A stretch of 63,811 nucleotides of DNA, counting the filler, from Octopus bimaculoides (lineage: Eukaryota): the NCBI RefSeq assembly GCF_001194135.2. It is 6 parts of 6 records of this genome, joined end to end, with 100 filler letters (N's around TTAATTAATTAA, not from the genome) between each part and the next. Parts side by side here need not be neighbours in the genome. Positions count along the whole stretch, not along the records: positions 16,225 to 35,820 come from NC_068986.1; positions 35,921 to 42,449 come from NC_068983.1; 4 more parts are not named here. The stretch is one strand, 5' to 3'. Under the pieces are notes generated by a model. It saw only the letters and a list, made by a program, of their open reading frames with translations, had not been told where the DNA came from and made no database searches. The position numbers and the translations under genes are program-made. Of the stretch, positions 27,157 through 40,486 are shown in pieces (within the stretch, counting starts at the first letter, position 1; each line of letters opens with the position of its first letter).

Positions 27157-28858
27157 TTAAGAGAAATCATTTCAATCCATTTCTATAACCTGCATTGTCT
27201 TCATTATGCCATTTAAAAAATACATATTTTCTACCACAAGTATTCTTTCATTCTTTTACTTGTTTCAGTCATTTGACTGCAGCCATGTTGGGGCACCACC
27301 TTTAGTCAAACAAATCAACCCCAGGCATCAACTAAATCATTGCTGCCATAAATCATTTCCAAAATTACCCTAAGACCACAAATTCACTGGCACTTTGGGA
27401 ATTCTTCCAGCCACCATTTTAATAGTTGCTTCTCATTTAGGCACAAAGCCAGTAATTTTAATTCAAGAGGTGGGGATCAGTTAATACCATTGACTCTAGT
27501 ATTTGACTAACACTTCATTTTATCAACCCCACAGAAACGAAAGACAAAGATGACCTAGGCAATATTTGAATTCAGAATATAGGGCAAGGCAACTAAATAG
27601 CACAAGTCATTTTTGTCTTACACTAACAATTCTACCAATCTGATGCCTAGGCACAATGCATGCAATTTTGAGGAGAGGGATTAATCGATTATATTGATTG
27701 TGCTGGTGCCACAAAAAACTCACTCAGTCCAATTTGTGGAGTGGTGGATGTTAAGAAGGGCATCCAGCTGTAAAAACCATGCCAAAACAGACAATGAAGA
27801 ATTCTGCATAGGCAGCTTCTATTAAACCATCCAACCCATTCCAGCATGGGAAGTTGACATTAAATGATGATGATGATCAACCCCAGTACTTTATTTAACA
27901 ATAATAATAATCCTTTCTACTTTAGACACAAGACCTTGAATTTGGGAGAGGGCTGTAGTTCATTACATCTGGTGTTGATAAAATAGTAAACGGAAAATAG
28001 TAAATGTCCCTGTTCCTGAGTTGTAGACACAATCTGTCAACTGGCTTAACACCACTACCTGGTCAATGAGCACTTTAGATGAACACACTGTAACAAATAT
28101 TCAGGCTAGGTCACTGATCTGAGGTTAACTTTGTACTTCCACCCACTCCACCAGAATAGTCTAAATGATGTATTACAAACTTATTCATCCCATACCAGTA
28201 CACAAGAAAAATGTGTGTTTTCCATAATGATGAAAATGATTGGCAGCAAACACCCCCCACCTCCACCCCACAGCAATGATGACAACAGGTTATTCAACCT
28301 GCTTCAAGTAACAGCCAAAGCTCCTTCAAACCAAACTCTACTCCTAAACTCTTTAGCAATAAGCTTACTCTGTCCAATGTAATGCTTATTTATTCACATT
28401 GTCTTGAATTAATCACTCATTATCTTATAACTTTAAGACTTGGATGTGATTGTTTATCTTATGATATTGTAGCATTCAAATTCTATCAAATGATAGAATG
28501 ACAGAATGATAGAATTATTTTATGATATTGTAGCATTCAAACTCTATCAAATGGAATATTTATTTATTCACATTAGTTTGAATTAATCATGCATTATCTT
28601 GTAACTGAGATTTTGATGATGTGACTGTTTATTTTTTAAATGGCTTTGTAGGGTACATGTGAAAGGCCTGATCTGAACAATGTGTACATAAAACAGGCAA
28701 AATATTAGGGCCTGATATGGTCAGTTTAAATACTAAAGAGTTATGATATAGTTTTAGAAAGCCACTCTTCAAAAGATGGCATGATCATAGTTGCAGTTCC
28801 TTTTATCATAAGTTTACTCAATGAAGGTTAACTCAGAGCTAAATAATAATCAATAACA

Positions 28859-28901
<43 letters not shown>

Positions 28902-29685
28902 GATTGGTTCATGTACTAATAAAAGAGCCTCTACTTATTCATTTGACTTGTTAGAAATATTCCAAAGTCTCCCTCAAATCACATAATACCTCAAAACAAG
29001 AACACATTCGATGATTTTGTCCTTAGAGTTTCTCTAAAATTCATAGAATGAATTTTATCATGGATATACTTGATCAGGGCTGATTTGAGGCTAAACAACA
29101 ACAACAGTAATAACTAAAGTTATGATAATGTGGTGGTAATGATGATGATTATGCTGATGGAGGTAGTGATGATAATGGTGGGGCTTACTAGTCATAGATT
29201 ACAGCAGTCTGTAAAATTTCCTCCAGAGCAATGCAAAACATATTTTCCATTATCAAATGTAAATTGAATGATTAATTGGAAAACATTATTATAAAGGTAA
29301 GTTGTTGTTTAGTCCTATATCAGCCTTTATAAAGCAGACTTATGATCAAAGATATTTCAGACATGGCTTCTTTTCTGCATTGTCCAATGTGTCTTCTTTT
29401 TTAAACAGAGTAGGGCAATGGTTCTCAATCTTTGACTTGGTGGGATACACAAGATCAAATAAAGAAATTAATAGTTCACCGTGCATCGAAATTCTTTAAA
29501 AGAAAATCGTGTATTTATAGGTGCCGGCATGGATGTGTGGTAAGAAGTTTGCTTGCCAATCACATGGTTCCAGGTTTACTCTTACTGCATGGCAGTTTGG
29601 GTGAATATCTTCTACCATAGCCCCAACTATAAACTTGAGTAGATTTGGTAGATGGAAATTTAAAGTTCTCTCTCTCTCTCTTTCT

Positions 29686-29818
29686 GTGTGTGTGTGTGCA
29701 TGTTCTTTTGGTGTGTGTGTGTGTGCATGTTCTTTTGTGTGTGTGTGCATGTTCTTTTGTGTGTGTGTGCATGTTCTTTTGTGTGTGTGTGCATGTTCTT
29801 TTGTGTGTGTGTGTGTGT
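29686..29818. repeat. Compound minisatellite (GT)n-GCATGTTCTTTT x5
   Basis: GCATGTTCTTTT starts at 29698, 29725, 29747, 29769 and 29791 (periods 27, 22, 22, 22). It follows a family A SINE head at 29520-29665. Confidence 0.9.
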
Positions 29819-30366
29819 AGCAAAGAACAAGTACCATTTAATGGTTTTAGTAAAATTATACAAAGAAAATATGCATTATACCATCCAGCATAAATAAAAG
29901 TCAACTTCCTTATATTTAAGCCATTATTTTTTTCTGCAAAAACCTATTCTGACATTAAATGAGTTAATTTCCGGTACAAATGTTTATGTATATGCTTTAT
30001 GCCTTCAGCATTTTTTTTTTTTTTTTTTAATTCTGGAAACGATCTTTTGATGTAATTTATGCACCCACTAAAGTTTATTTCTATTTTTGCAAAAAAAAAA
30101 GTGCATAAATTACACGGGTTTTTAAGGTAATTAGGAAAGGAATTAGCCTAGATGAGATGCAGTTCCATTTTGTGCCAAAGAGAAACACTACTGATGCTCT
30201 CTTTCAGTAAGGTAACTTCAGAAGTATTTAGCCAAAAACAAACCACTGTACTTGACACTTGTCAACCTGGAAAAAGCCTTCAGCAGGATTCCTCCTTATC
30301 TGATCTGGTAGTAGCTATGAAAGTTAAGAGTAGACCAATAGCAGGTCAGGTGAGTCATCCATACTA

Positions 30367-31010
30367 GGTACAAAGGTGTTGTCAGTAAGATGAAAGTTAG
30401 CAATGAGTACAGCAATGAATTTAGTGAGCAGGTAGGTATCACTATTCATTCTCCACCTCTTTATCATAGACCTCCAGGCCATAACAGAAGAGCTTAAGAC
30501 TGATGGTTCATAGGAGCTCCTCTAAGCTGATTATTTTGTTTATACTGCTGAATCTGTAGTAGAATTAGAAAAGAAATTCTAGGTGTGGAAGCAAAACCTG
30601 GAATCAAAGAGCTTTAAAGCAAACTTAGCAAAGACCTGAGTTCTAGTAAGCAGAAAAACAGACAGGACTCTACTTCTTTCAGGAAAATGACCCTGCTCAA
30701 TATGCGGAAAAGGTGTTGGTAGAAAATTTAAATGGTGTGCCCAGTGCAAATTGGACACAAAAGAGATGCAGTAGACTCACAGGAAAGTTAACAGAGAAAG
30801 TAGACTTTGTGCATAGCATATGAGCAGGAGCAATGTACAATAAGAACATAAAAGAAATAAATTTTCTTAAATACCCAGAGTGATTAATGACAGAGGTAGT
30901 AGATAGTTTATGCTACTTAGGTCACCTAGTTAGCAGTGGACAGGACTGATCTGAAAGTATAGTCACTAGTAAAAAAAAAAACAGCTGGAGAAAGTTCTGA
31001 GAGCTACTAC
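30367..31010 (+). mobile_element. RTE-clade LINE reverse transcriptase remnant with Cys-rich insertion
   Basis: Broken frames read YKGVVSKMKVSNEYSNEF..., LFIIDLQAITEELK...ELL*AD (YADD region), VWKQNLESK...N.AKT, PCSICGKGVG...C.QC...KRCS.LTG and DS.CYLG. Confidence 0.75.
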
Positions 31011-32961
31011 TTCTATTAGTAACAAAGGCCTCTTTCTCAGAGTGAGAAGCAGTTTCTGTGATACTTGGGTGCAAACAGCAATACTACATGATAGACAGAA
31101 TACATCAATATTAATAAGAATTCAATAAGACAGAAATTAATATAAATACAATATATGAAGAACCTCCTCCAAACTGGTCTATTTGGTCCCCATGCACTCC
31201 ATTCATTTGACATTATCCAAGCACCTAGTATTTCTTTATCAGAAGTTTTGTGTTTTTTATTTTCTTTCAATCAAGAACAGATACAATGAACCATTTCTTT
31301 CAAATGTGTTCTATTTATTTTCAATAAGTTCAGCGATCTGGTGATAAAAGTATCTATAGTTATTTTTCATAAATTGCAATTATCATTTTGAATTGTATTA
31401 CATTACAATATTATGTATTTATTTATTGTTCACTCATTATTTTTCATTTATTTGGATTCTGTTTGAGTAGAAATTTGAATTTCAAAAGATAAGAGATGAT
31501 CAGAGTTGAAAAACTTGAAAAAGAAAAACTGATTCTATAAAGTAGTTGGAATGCTTTCATTCATGAAAAAAAATCTCATTCCATAAAAAGACAAGATGGT
31601 TACAGTTGAAATGCTTTCTATCTATCTAATGTTTGATAAATTGATAAATTCTCTAATTCCTTGCTGACTTGATATGAAATTTGAATATTTTTTAGCACAA
31701 AGAAGAACAAAGTTAATCAGATGGCACTGTCAAAATTTCTATTTCAGATTGTAAAGTAAATACTAACGAATGATAAAAGAGATGCACACAGCTTTACATT
31801 TACTACATTTATCTGACACCTGTATATTAATACAGCATCTCAATGTTTAGGTAACTGGACTACTGGCTATCAATTTGTCAGGGCCCAAATCTATACACTA
31901 TCATATCTGTATGTCTGATTTTACAAGACTATTAGATGGAATATCATTAATCACAGGTCTATTTGAACCTTGCACTAAAAACAATTCATGATCAAGTAAC
32001 TTAAACCATGTGTTTATTTAACCACACTCCACTATTGTTATGCAAAAGTTATTATGAGGAAAATATCAAAAATCAGAGATATTCTCAGCAAGAAATTGTG
32101 TTAATCACACTAATCATCTATTCACCAATTCTAAAAAGTTGGTAAACCTAAAAAAGATGCACTATCACATCACAATGCAATCTGACCCTCAAATAATATT
32201 ACAGCTGCCTAACTATCACAGTTTTCAAGATACATGTGTAAGAATATATAAACATGTCTCTGTTCTTTCTGTTTCTTCAAGGACCATGGATGCTAAATTA
32301 GGCTATTTTTCAGGGTTGCAGGCTACTATTTTATTTTTAGTTTTGGGATTTGCTACTTTAAAATTCACTTTTGAATATCCTGAAATTATCAACTAAGTCA
32401 ACAATCTTTTATAAATATTTAAAAAAATATTGACAACATTTTCATTTTGGGATACTTTCTACCACAATATGCTACAATTTGAATATTTTATGCTACATTT
32501 TTAATATTTTGTGCTACATTTTATTAAACTAGTCTGGCAATCCTGCAAGTGACCTGTTAGAGACTATCAGATAGTTTTCTGACAAGAAAAATTGAATATG
32601 GCCTAACAGACCAATAAACTCCTCGTAAAAATTAACTGTCACCATTAATTATAGCATTGCGTTATTTCGTATCTGTCGTACCTCTTTACAATGAGGCCAA
32701 CTTCATTACTTTAAAGTTAATTCTTTGAAAATGCACACAACATACTACAAGCTATAATCTTCTCAATTAGTTGTCTACTATCATAAGGAATATGCTCTCC
32801 ACAAAAGAAGGCAACAGAAAACAATTAAAATGTATAAAAAGAGTACATAACAAAATTGAGTTATTGCAATGTCATTTTTTCGTACCATTTAGTCAGGGAG
32901 AGAAATGCAATAACCATGGCCCTTTATGTTAACAAGGTCCCTGAGATTAGTGGGAGGATGG

Positions 32962-33198
32962 TATTTATTCTACCAGTTTCTTTTTAGCAGAACTATTTGT
33001 TAAACAGTGCTGAAAGAGATAGACACACATACAAACATATACAATGGGTTTCTGCATAGTTCCCATTGACCAAATTCCTTCATAAGGCATTAGTTGACTG
33101 GATGACACTGAAAGATAATTTCCCAAGGTGCCACACAATGGAACCAAACCCAGAACCAATGTGGTGTCAAAGCTAACTCTTTAACTACACAGCCATAT
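32962..33198 (-). mobile_element. SINE family A, diverged, about 40 bp from the laminin donor
   Basis: cccaaggtgccacacaatggaacc...ttaactacacagcca head. Confidence 0.55.
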
Positions 33199-33239
33199 CT
33201 CAAAAGTAAAGTTTAAATGAAACAATAAATAAAGCTTAC

Positions 33240-33796
33240 CTCTCCTCGTGTAGATGGTGCAGCATCTGAATATTTTGATTCACAAATTACTTGATCAAGT
33301 CGTCTGATGGGTCCAGTTGGAACTCCAGGGAAAGACTGAGCACAGTTTTCAGCAAAGTAACGATAAACCTTCCATGTCTTACCAAAATCATATGACCTTT
33401 CCACCAACATTGCAGCAGGACGGAATGTTTTGAATCTCATAATCAAATGAGTGAATTGGAACTCTGCTTCCAAATCTAGCTGAATATAGACATCTTCCTT
33501 ACCATTTTCAGCCTGCCACCATCGTCCTCTTTTACGCCGGCCAAATGAATACACTATGTTTTGTATCCGGTGATTAAGTGGTTGAGTTTGTTGATGTGGC
33601 GAAAAGGGCTGCCTTGAATCACAATTAAAACATTTTTTAACATCTTTTAAATGACTGACAATACAGTAATGTTCTCGTAGTTTAAGACCACAGGTTGATG
33701 ATGCATAAAGATTCTTCTCTCGGCCTATAAGTAAATCACCTGTTGCAGGGTAGCAGCTTCCTTCCAAACATCGGGAATGTTTTTGCGCATACACAC
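33240..33796 (-). CDS. LAMB1: Laminin subunit beta, internal exon encoding most of the N-terminal LN (domain VI) region; 557 bp, phase 1 to phase 0
   Basis: Translation (G)[25 protein letters not shown]...WWQAENG...[36 protein letters not shown]...PSTRGE carries laminin-beta hallmarks ([14 protein letters not shown]). Acceptor tttgatttcAG (33797-33798) and donor GAG|GTAAGC (33238-33239). The symbol is a family-level call. Confidence 0.95.
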
Positions 33797-35949
33797 CTGA
33801 AATCAAAAATGCAGAAATATTCAATAACAGCAGATAAAGATAAAAACAACAAAGCAGCTATCTTCCTACCTCTTACTATTCCTAAAACACAATCAATTTA
33901 TATTTCAGACAGTCACTTTATACATAATGAAAAACTTAGAGATATAATGCCTTGTTATTACTGCAAGATGATATGAAATGGAAATAGTTGCTGAAAGGGT
34001 AAATAGTCAATCCAATTGGAATACAGGGAAAGCAATCAAACAGATTAATGAATTTAAATATTCGGAAGAACAGGTGTGAGATGATTAAAAAAAAAAAGGA
34101 AGTAAAATGCAAGATTGCAACAGCTAGTGGTCTTAGAAAAATTAAACTGTTTCAGAAAATAAATAGATTACAATAATAGCAAAAATTTGGTTTTATGAGT
34201 AGTAATAATTTCAAGTGCACACTAAGTACAAACTATAGATGTTAGACACTGAAAGTGCAAAAATGATCATGGTGTTTAAAATGAAATGAAATATAAAGTG
34301 ATGCAATACAGTCCATAAACAGAACATCAAACTAATATCATATAAGAGAAACATTCACATATGGTGTTATACAAGGAAAAGTTACTAATCTAATAATTAT
34401 CACTAACATTTTACATCCATTTTCTATGCTAGTATGGGTTAGACAGGTCATTAAGACTGATGTCAGTTCCTATTTAGAGTTACTGGCTTTCTATATGGGT
34501 CAAAAGGCCACATTTGCTTCCTTGTTAATTTTCAGTTTCTATGGTTGAATACCTTTCCTGTCACCAGCCACTTAGCAGAGAGTACCAAGTGCAATTAATT
34601 ATAGTACTAAGACTAGAGAAATAGACATGTCTTTGGCAACACTAAGGACCTTCTCAACTCCACACTATTTCCATTTGTTCATTAATCATTTTACTAAGTG
34701 TACTGGGAGCATTTTAATGCAGCACCAGCACTAATAGGGTTGTTTGTAACCTATAAAAAGAGTACTCAATACTGTATGATGTCTTTGTTCACTCAAGGCA
34801 ACAAGAAAGGGAAGGGGAACTGGAGGAAGAGTGAAAACCCAAGATGAACCAGGCTTTTTTTTTTTTTTTTTTTTTGTATAATTTAAAGAAAACATAGCAA
34901 TGTAATAATATGCCAGGAAAACATACAGAACTAATGTTATATAAGAAAACATAGGCTATGTAAGGAAAATGTAGAATCTAATGTTTCATAAGAGGAACTC
35001 AAGACAATCTAATGTTACATAAGGAAAACAGATTAATCTAAATAAAGACTAAACTGATTTTAAATGTAAAAACAATCAGAAATGAAAATATCTTAATTTA
35101 CTTTGAAATAAAACATTTAAAAAGGGTATTTATTATTCAAGCAACATTTTTTTTTAATTTTCTTCCTAAGCATATCTAGTTATCATATAATTTAGAAAAT
35201 TTGAGGAATAATTTTTTTAATAATCTATAAAAAAATTGGAATAAAAAAACATATTTGAAGAATTGAGGTCAAAAATTCTTCTCCTTTGAATCTCACAGAT
35301 ACACACACACAAGGACTTATCAATGTGTCTACAGTTGATATTTTAGACAGAAGTTTGAAATGAGAGTAAGGGATGAATAGAAATAAACAAACAAACAAAC
35401 AAGAAGCAGAATGTGAGAATTTCATTTGGAAATCAAAACAGTTTAACTTTTACAGTTTACATAAAATTTGATTTCTTTACAGCTGATAAACATGTAGCCA
35501 AACTACCTAAAAAATATTGAGGTGACAACTTAGACTGATAGAAAACAGCTGTACACACATCAACTGAAGCAAAGAAATAAATAACGACAATAACTTGTTT
35601 GTCCCCCACTTTTTTCTTTTTTTATTTTATTTTTACATATGGTTTGTCTAATACATGCAAGAAAGCAAGCCAGTCATAGGTCTTTAGTAACATGGGAATG
35701 AATATTTCACATTCTGAATATTTAATACACTCTCTACTAAAAGCATTCTCCAAGCTAATGTAGATGTGATTATGTGATTTTTTTCCCAGAATGTACCTGC
35801 TTTTTTTTTTTTTTTTTTTTNNNNNNNNNNNNNNNNNNNNNNNNNNNNNNNNNNNNNNNNNNNNTTAATTAATTAANNNNNNNNNNNNNNNNNNNNNNNN
35901 NNNNNNNNNNNNNNNNNNNNTATATATACATATATATACGTATATATAC

Positions 35950-35990
<41 letters not shown>

Positions 35991-36091
35991 CACATATAAG
36001 TGTATATATTTGTGTGTGTGTATTGTGTGTGTATACATATTTATATACATGTATATATGTACGTATATACATACATATATATATATATATA

Positions 36092-36133
<42 letters not shown>

Positions 36134-36329
36134 CGCGTGTGTGTGTGTGTGTTGTTATGATGTTAGTCGGACATATCGACCGGGAGAAACAAGTACGTTT
36201 CGGCCGCTTTATTGACTAATGCACACTCCACTCTGAGAAAAGAGGTAAAAAGCTGAGTCACATATTTTATATTAGTGTGCTTGGATGGTTTCTGCAAGAA
36301 ATCTATCTCTTTTGCAGTCAAAATGCATG

Positions 36330-36560
36330 AAATTCTGATATTTGACCATTGGATGTTATTGCCAGATCTTGCAACATGCAGCCTTGATGACGGAGAATGA
36401 CAGGTGAGATTTGTCACTGATGATTATCTGAAGGCCGCAGTAAGAGTTATATCTTTGGTTGGAAGTGAAAACTAATAGAAAACATTGCTTTCATGGAGAA
36501 TGATGGTTCTTCTCTCCACGGTGAATACCTAATAGACATACGGCAAGTACCAGGGAATTG
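36330..36560 (+). mobile_element. Highly degenerate mariner transposase fragment
   Basis: Residual motifs PDLA and RFVTDDYLKAAVR (compare YSPDLAP and RF.SDDE.K.AV). Confidence 0.35.
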
Positions 36561-38599
36561 TTTGAGCCGAATACCAAAACAAGACAAAATCAACTTGCTG
36601 GACCTTGTTAGTGCAAATTGTTACGTGACTTTGGAAAAGCACAATTCTAATAGGGTTAATGAGAAATAGTATCTCCAATAATGTTAGACCCTAAACTAAA
36701 CGCAAGGAGTAAACATTACTAATCACCAGTACATTATTTTCTCGAAGAACAGACACATGTTTCCATTAACAAAATCCGCAAGATAAATGTGATTGATTAC
36801 GTGATCCTGTGGAACTTACACATCATGAAGGAGCCAAAGATTGATGTACATACAATGACTGTTACTACATTGTCACATTGTAATTCAACTCACTTCAATA
36901 CGAAGCTAACGGTAGATATGATGCCAACGGAAAGAACATCAACAATGAGTGTCTCCTAGTATAAGTAGTGCACCTTTCAACGCTAGCCAAGTAAACATCG
37001 TCATACCGCAATCTGAAACACTACGAGTCATATCAAAACGAATTGTGCGTTCGAAGTACAGGCTCACGTTAGATTTTAGCTTTCATAGCATGGAAAGAGC
37101 ATGTCTGACAAGAGCAATACCTAATCAAGTACTTAGTGTATAGAAATGGAACGGGTATTTCTACCAGCCAAACTAAGAATATTAAGCCTAAATGAAAGGT
37201 ATGTCGTCATGTAAAATCTATAGGCCAGAATCAAATTTGTGCAAAGCAAGAAATTTTAGCATTTCAATGCACTTTAAATCTAGCAGCTAACATGACATAA
37301 AATGATTTATTCAGTCAATGAACAATAAAATATGGCCCTTAAGCAACAGATCTTCCACCATTCAGATCGGAAGACGAAATAACCTTTTGAGATAAAAAGC
37401 AGCATTTACAACCGATGGAAACAACGTTTCAAAGACTTGCTTCGTGACGTGTCTGCAACTAACGAAAGATCTCAGGACATACAAAAGCCAATGGGAAATT
37501 ACTTAACTGTAACAACTATCATTCTAGTAATCTCAAAAGTAATCTGTTCTTGACAAAAACTGTAAACTCTTAAAGCTCTGTGTTAAAAATCATTTTAAAT
37601 TAAAAGGTAGTATATTTTTATTTCATTATTATTTCTTGTGAAGAAATACATGAATTAGCGAAAGAAATCTTATACGAGATTCATAAACTTTCTCTACTGT
37701 TAAGATTGTTTATACCTTTTTTTCACTATGGCTTGTAATTCAATTTTTTTGTTAAAGCCTAGAGTAATGAATAGAACAAAAATAAAGAATAAACTGATTT
37801 AGGTGATTATATCTTTAGTTCATAGAATAATCTAACGTTTCAATCAAATAATGAGACTTTTGCTTGAAAATTCCATTAATTTGTTGATAAAAAGAATTTA
37901 TTTTTTATGGCGTAGTCAGATCTAGAATAGTAGCTACCATTATTATTTTGCAGGAACACCTGACAGATGAGGAAATGGGAGGGAATTCGTGGGTTTTCTT
38001 CAAATAAGAGACTTAGTTTGAATGCTTAAGAGAAACTGAACCCTCGAAAGCCACTTATGGATTGGGTGGTTGTTATTGATACAGGCAATAAATTTAACTG
38101 AGCATAAATTTCCATTTTTAAGAGACTTAGGTGAGATTTAGGTCATTTGGTTGCTACTTTGAGTACAACCAATAACCAAGTAGAGCCTCCACGATTCGAT
38201 CATCAATCTCCTAATTTATTTCCGTTGTCCTCCTGTTCTGCGTTGCTATTTAGCTTCTACAAATATATTGATTTTATGTTTTTGTTAGTTGGATCTAAAT
38301 CAGGACTCAGTGTGTATATTATTCTGTTATTTGTAGAGGCGTATTGAATCATGGACTAAATGCCTGATGAATCCTTCAATTTTTAAAACATCAGAAAATG
38401 AGTTGATAGAAACTTGGATGTTATTTCGAGTAAGTCAAATAACAACGTTTGATACAGTCTCAACCACAAAAAATTTTGGCAACTTCTAAAGCATGCAACC
38501 GATATTCTATCTATTTTCCTGTACAGTATTTTTATGCATTTTCTTGTAAATTATTGAGTTAAAGCCGAGTATGTCTTGCATTTTTCTGCTGCACTTTTG

Positions 38600-39002
38600 A
38601 AAGGCCCGGGAAAACTGACGAAAGGTGGCAGGTTTCATATTAAAAATGCTCCAGCACACAAACCCTTGCTTTAAATGGCTGTTGTACATGACTGTGGTTT
38701 TGAACCGAATTACCATCCCTCCCAATTTTTTTTTTATTTGTACCCATCTGACTAGTATCTGTTATCCAACATGAAAAATAGTTGGCTGGAAACCCGTATT
38801 GCAGTGATGATGACATCATATCTGCTGTTGATTTTTTAAACAAACAGGATGAAAACTACGTCACCAATGGGACCCAAGCACTGCAATACCGAGGGAAGAA
38901 GTGTGTAGACCGCAAGGGGGCCTATGTTGAAAAATAAACCTCATTTGGTCATATTCCAAAAATATTTTGGTCAGCCTATGGACTTCTCAGCCGACCCTCG
39001 TA
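38600..39002 (+). mobile_element. Mariner (Tc1/mariner DD34D-type) transposon 3' remnant with right TIR and TA
   Basis: Frameshifted translation KGPGKLTKG.RFH.KNAPAHK...HDCGFE..HP...PSD.YL..NMK..LAGNPYCSDDDIISAVD...QALQYRGKKCVDRKGAYVEK* is typical mariner C-terminus. It ends in a TIR-like ..TCTCAGCCGACCCTCG followed by TA (39001-39002). No left end seen. Confidence 0.85.
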
Positions 39003-40454
39003 TAAGAATCACTTCGGTTTAATTCCCTACATTTCCTTCTATCTCTAATATCTTTATTTTATTATTTGCTCTTCTTTCTCGCTCGCCTTATTGTTTTACT
39101 TGACTCAATCCCTATCAAACCACACAGTAGATCCTTGGCAGAATTTTGACCCTCTGGAATTTCCTCTCAGCCCCTGTTACTACAGCAAGTGTTGTCTTAC
39201 TAAGGTTGAAGAAGAAAATTAAGACCTCACTCACACTTGACTAACATTGTCCTTTCCTCAAGATCTAGAAAGTAAAAGAGAACATAGAAAATCCTTCTTT
39301 TATATGAACGTAATCAGATATTTAAACAAAAGCATTAGGTGCGTCGTAAACACCAATGAACATGTTCAAGTTTAACAATTGATGTATGATGTTGCTCTAA
39401 AAAGTACAACCCTTTCTATGTGACGCTCAAATGTGTGTGTTTGAATGTATACGTGTATGTGATTTTATAAACATCATGTCATACTCATAACATGACAAAA
39501 GCTACACCGTAAAAGCTATCATGCATCTTCAGGGTAGAAATGACTTAGTCTCTGTTACAATACTGCCTAAATATCGTGATAAAAACAGAATATCGCAAAA
39601 TTCTAGGCATTGCTCCAATATCATTTTATTGATTGTAGACACTAAACATACATTCAGTTAGATCTAATGACGGATTGATAGAATCTTTAAGGTGTCGGCA
39701 AAAAAAAAAAAAATCTGCAATATATACTCTACTTTCTTCTGTGGATGATCAGTAATGTAGTAACCGTGATAGATTGGGAGAACCATTAGGGCGTCAGACG
39801 GATGTCATGTCGTGTCCGTTTCAGCATTTTACATTTTGGGTTCAAATATCATCGTAGATACCTCATTCATTAGACATAATCAAACAACTGTTTTGAAACA
39901 CCATCCAGTCCGAGGGCACCTTTAGCAGTGACCCCTATATTGTAAGCAATAAGACCAAGTTTCAGATCCCACCACTATTAGAAGCTCTGAAAGAGATCTG
40001 TCCCTCTCTCTTCATTAAATGATAAAAGCAACAAAATAAAGACTAACTGAAAGAACTAGAAGTGTCTTGTACTTAAGATTACTAACAACTCGTAATTACG
40101 TGTGTATTGCATACGGACTTTTATACAAGATACAAGTGTAACTAAATACAAACAGAATAATGCGTGGTGCAACAGATGTATACATATATAAATCAAAAGC
40201 AAAGTCTGTACATAAAACTTATAGAAGTAAACTAAATTTTATGAAGTGAGTCAATTTCAAAAATAATTAAATAAAATCAAAGATTTCCAGTCAGACGGAA
40301 TAAAACTTTAAAGAGCAGCAATTAGCAATAAAAGTCATTTACTTCTTCTCATTAAAATAAATGTATTGCAGTAACATAATAATGCTGAGCAACTAGCTTT
40401 CTTTATATATACGTGTTATATATGCACATAGACATACATACATACATACATACA

Positions 40455-40486
<32 letters not shown>

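Noticed and set aside
33797-33824. ORF-track start MNISAFLIS for the laminin ORF
   Set aside because: It lies in the polypyrimidine tract upstream of a consensus acceptor and is too short for a signal peptide; it is intron.
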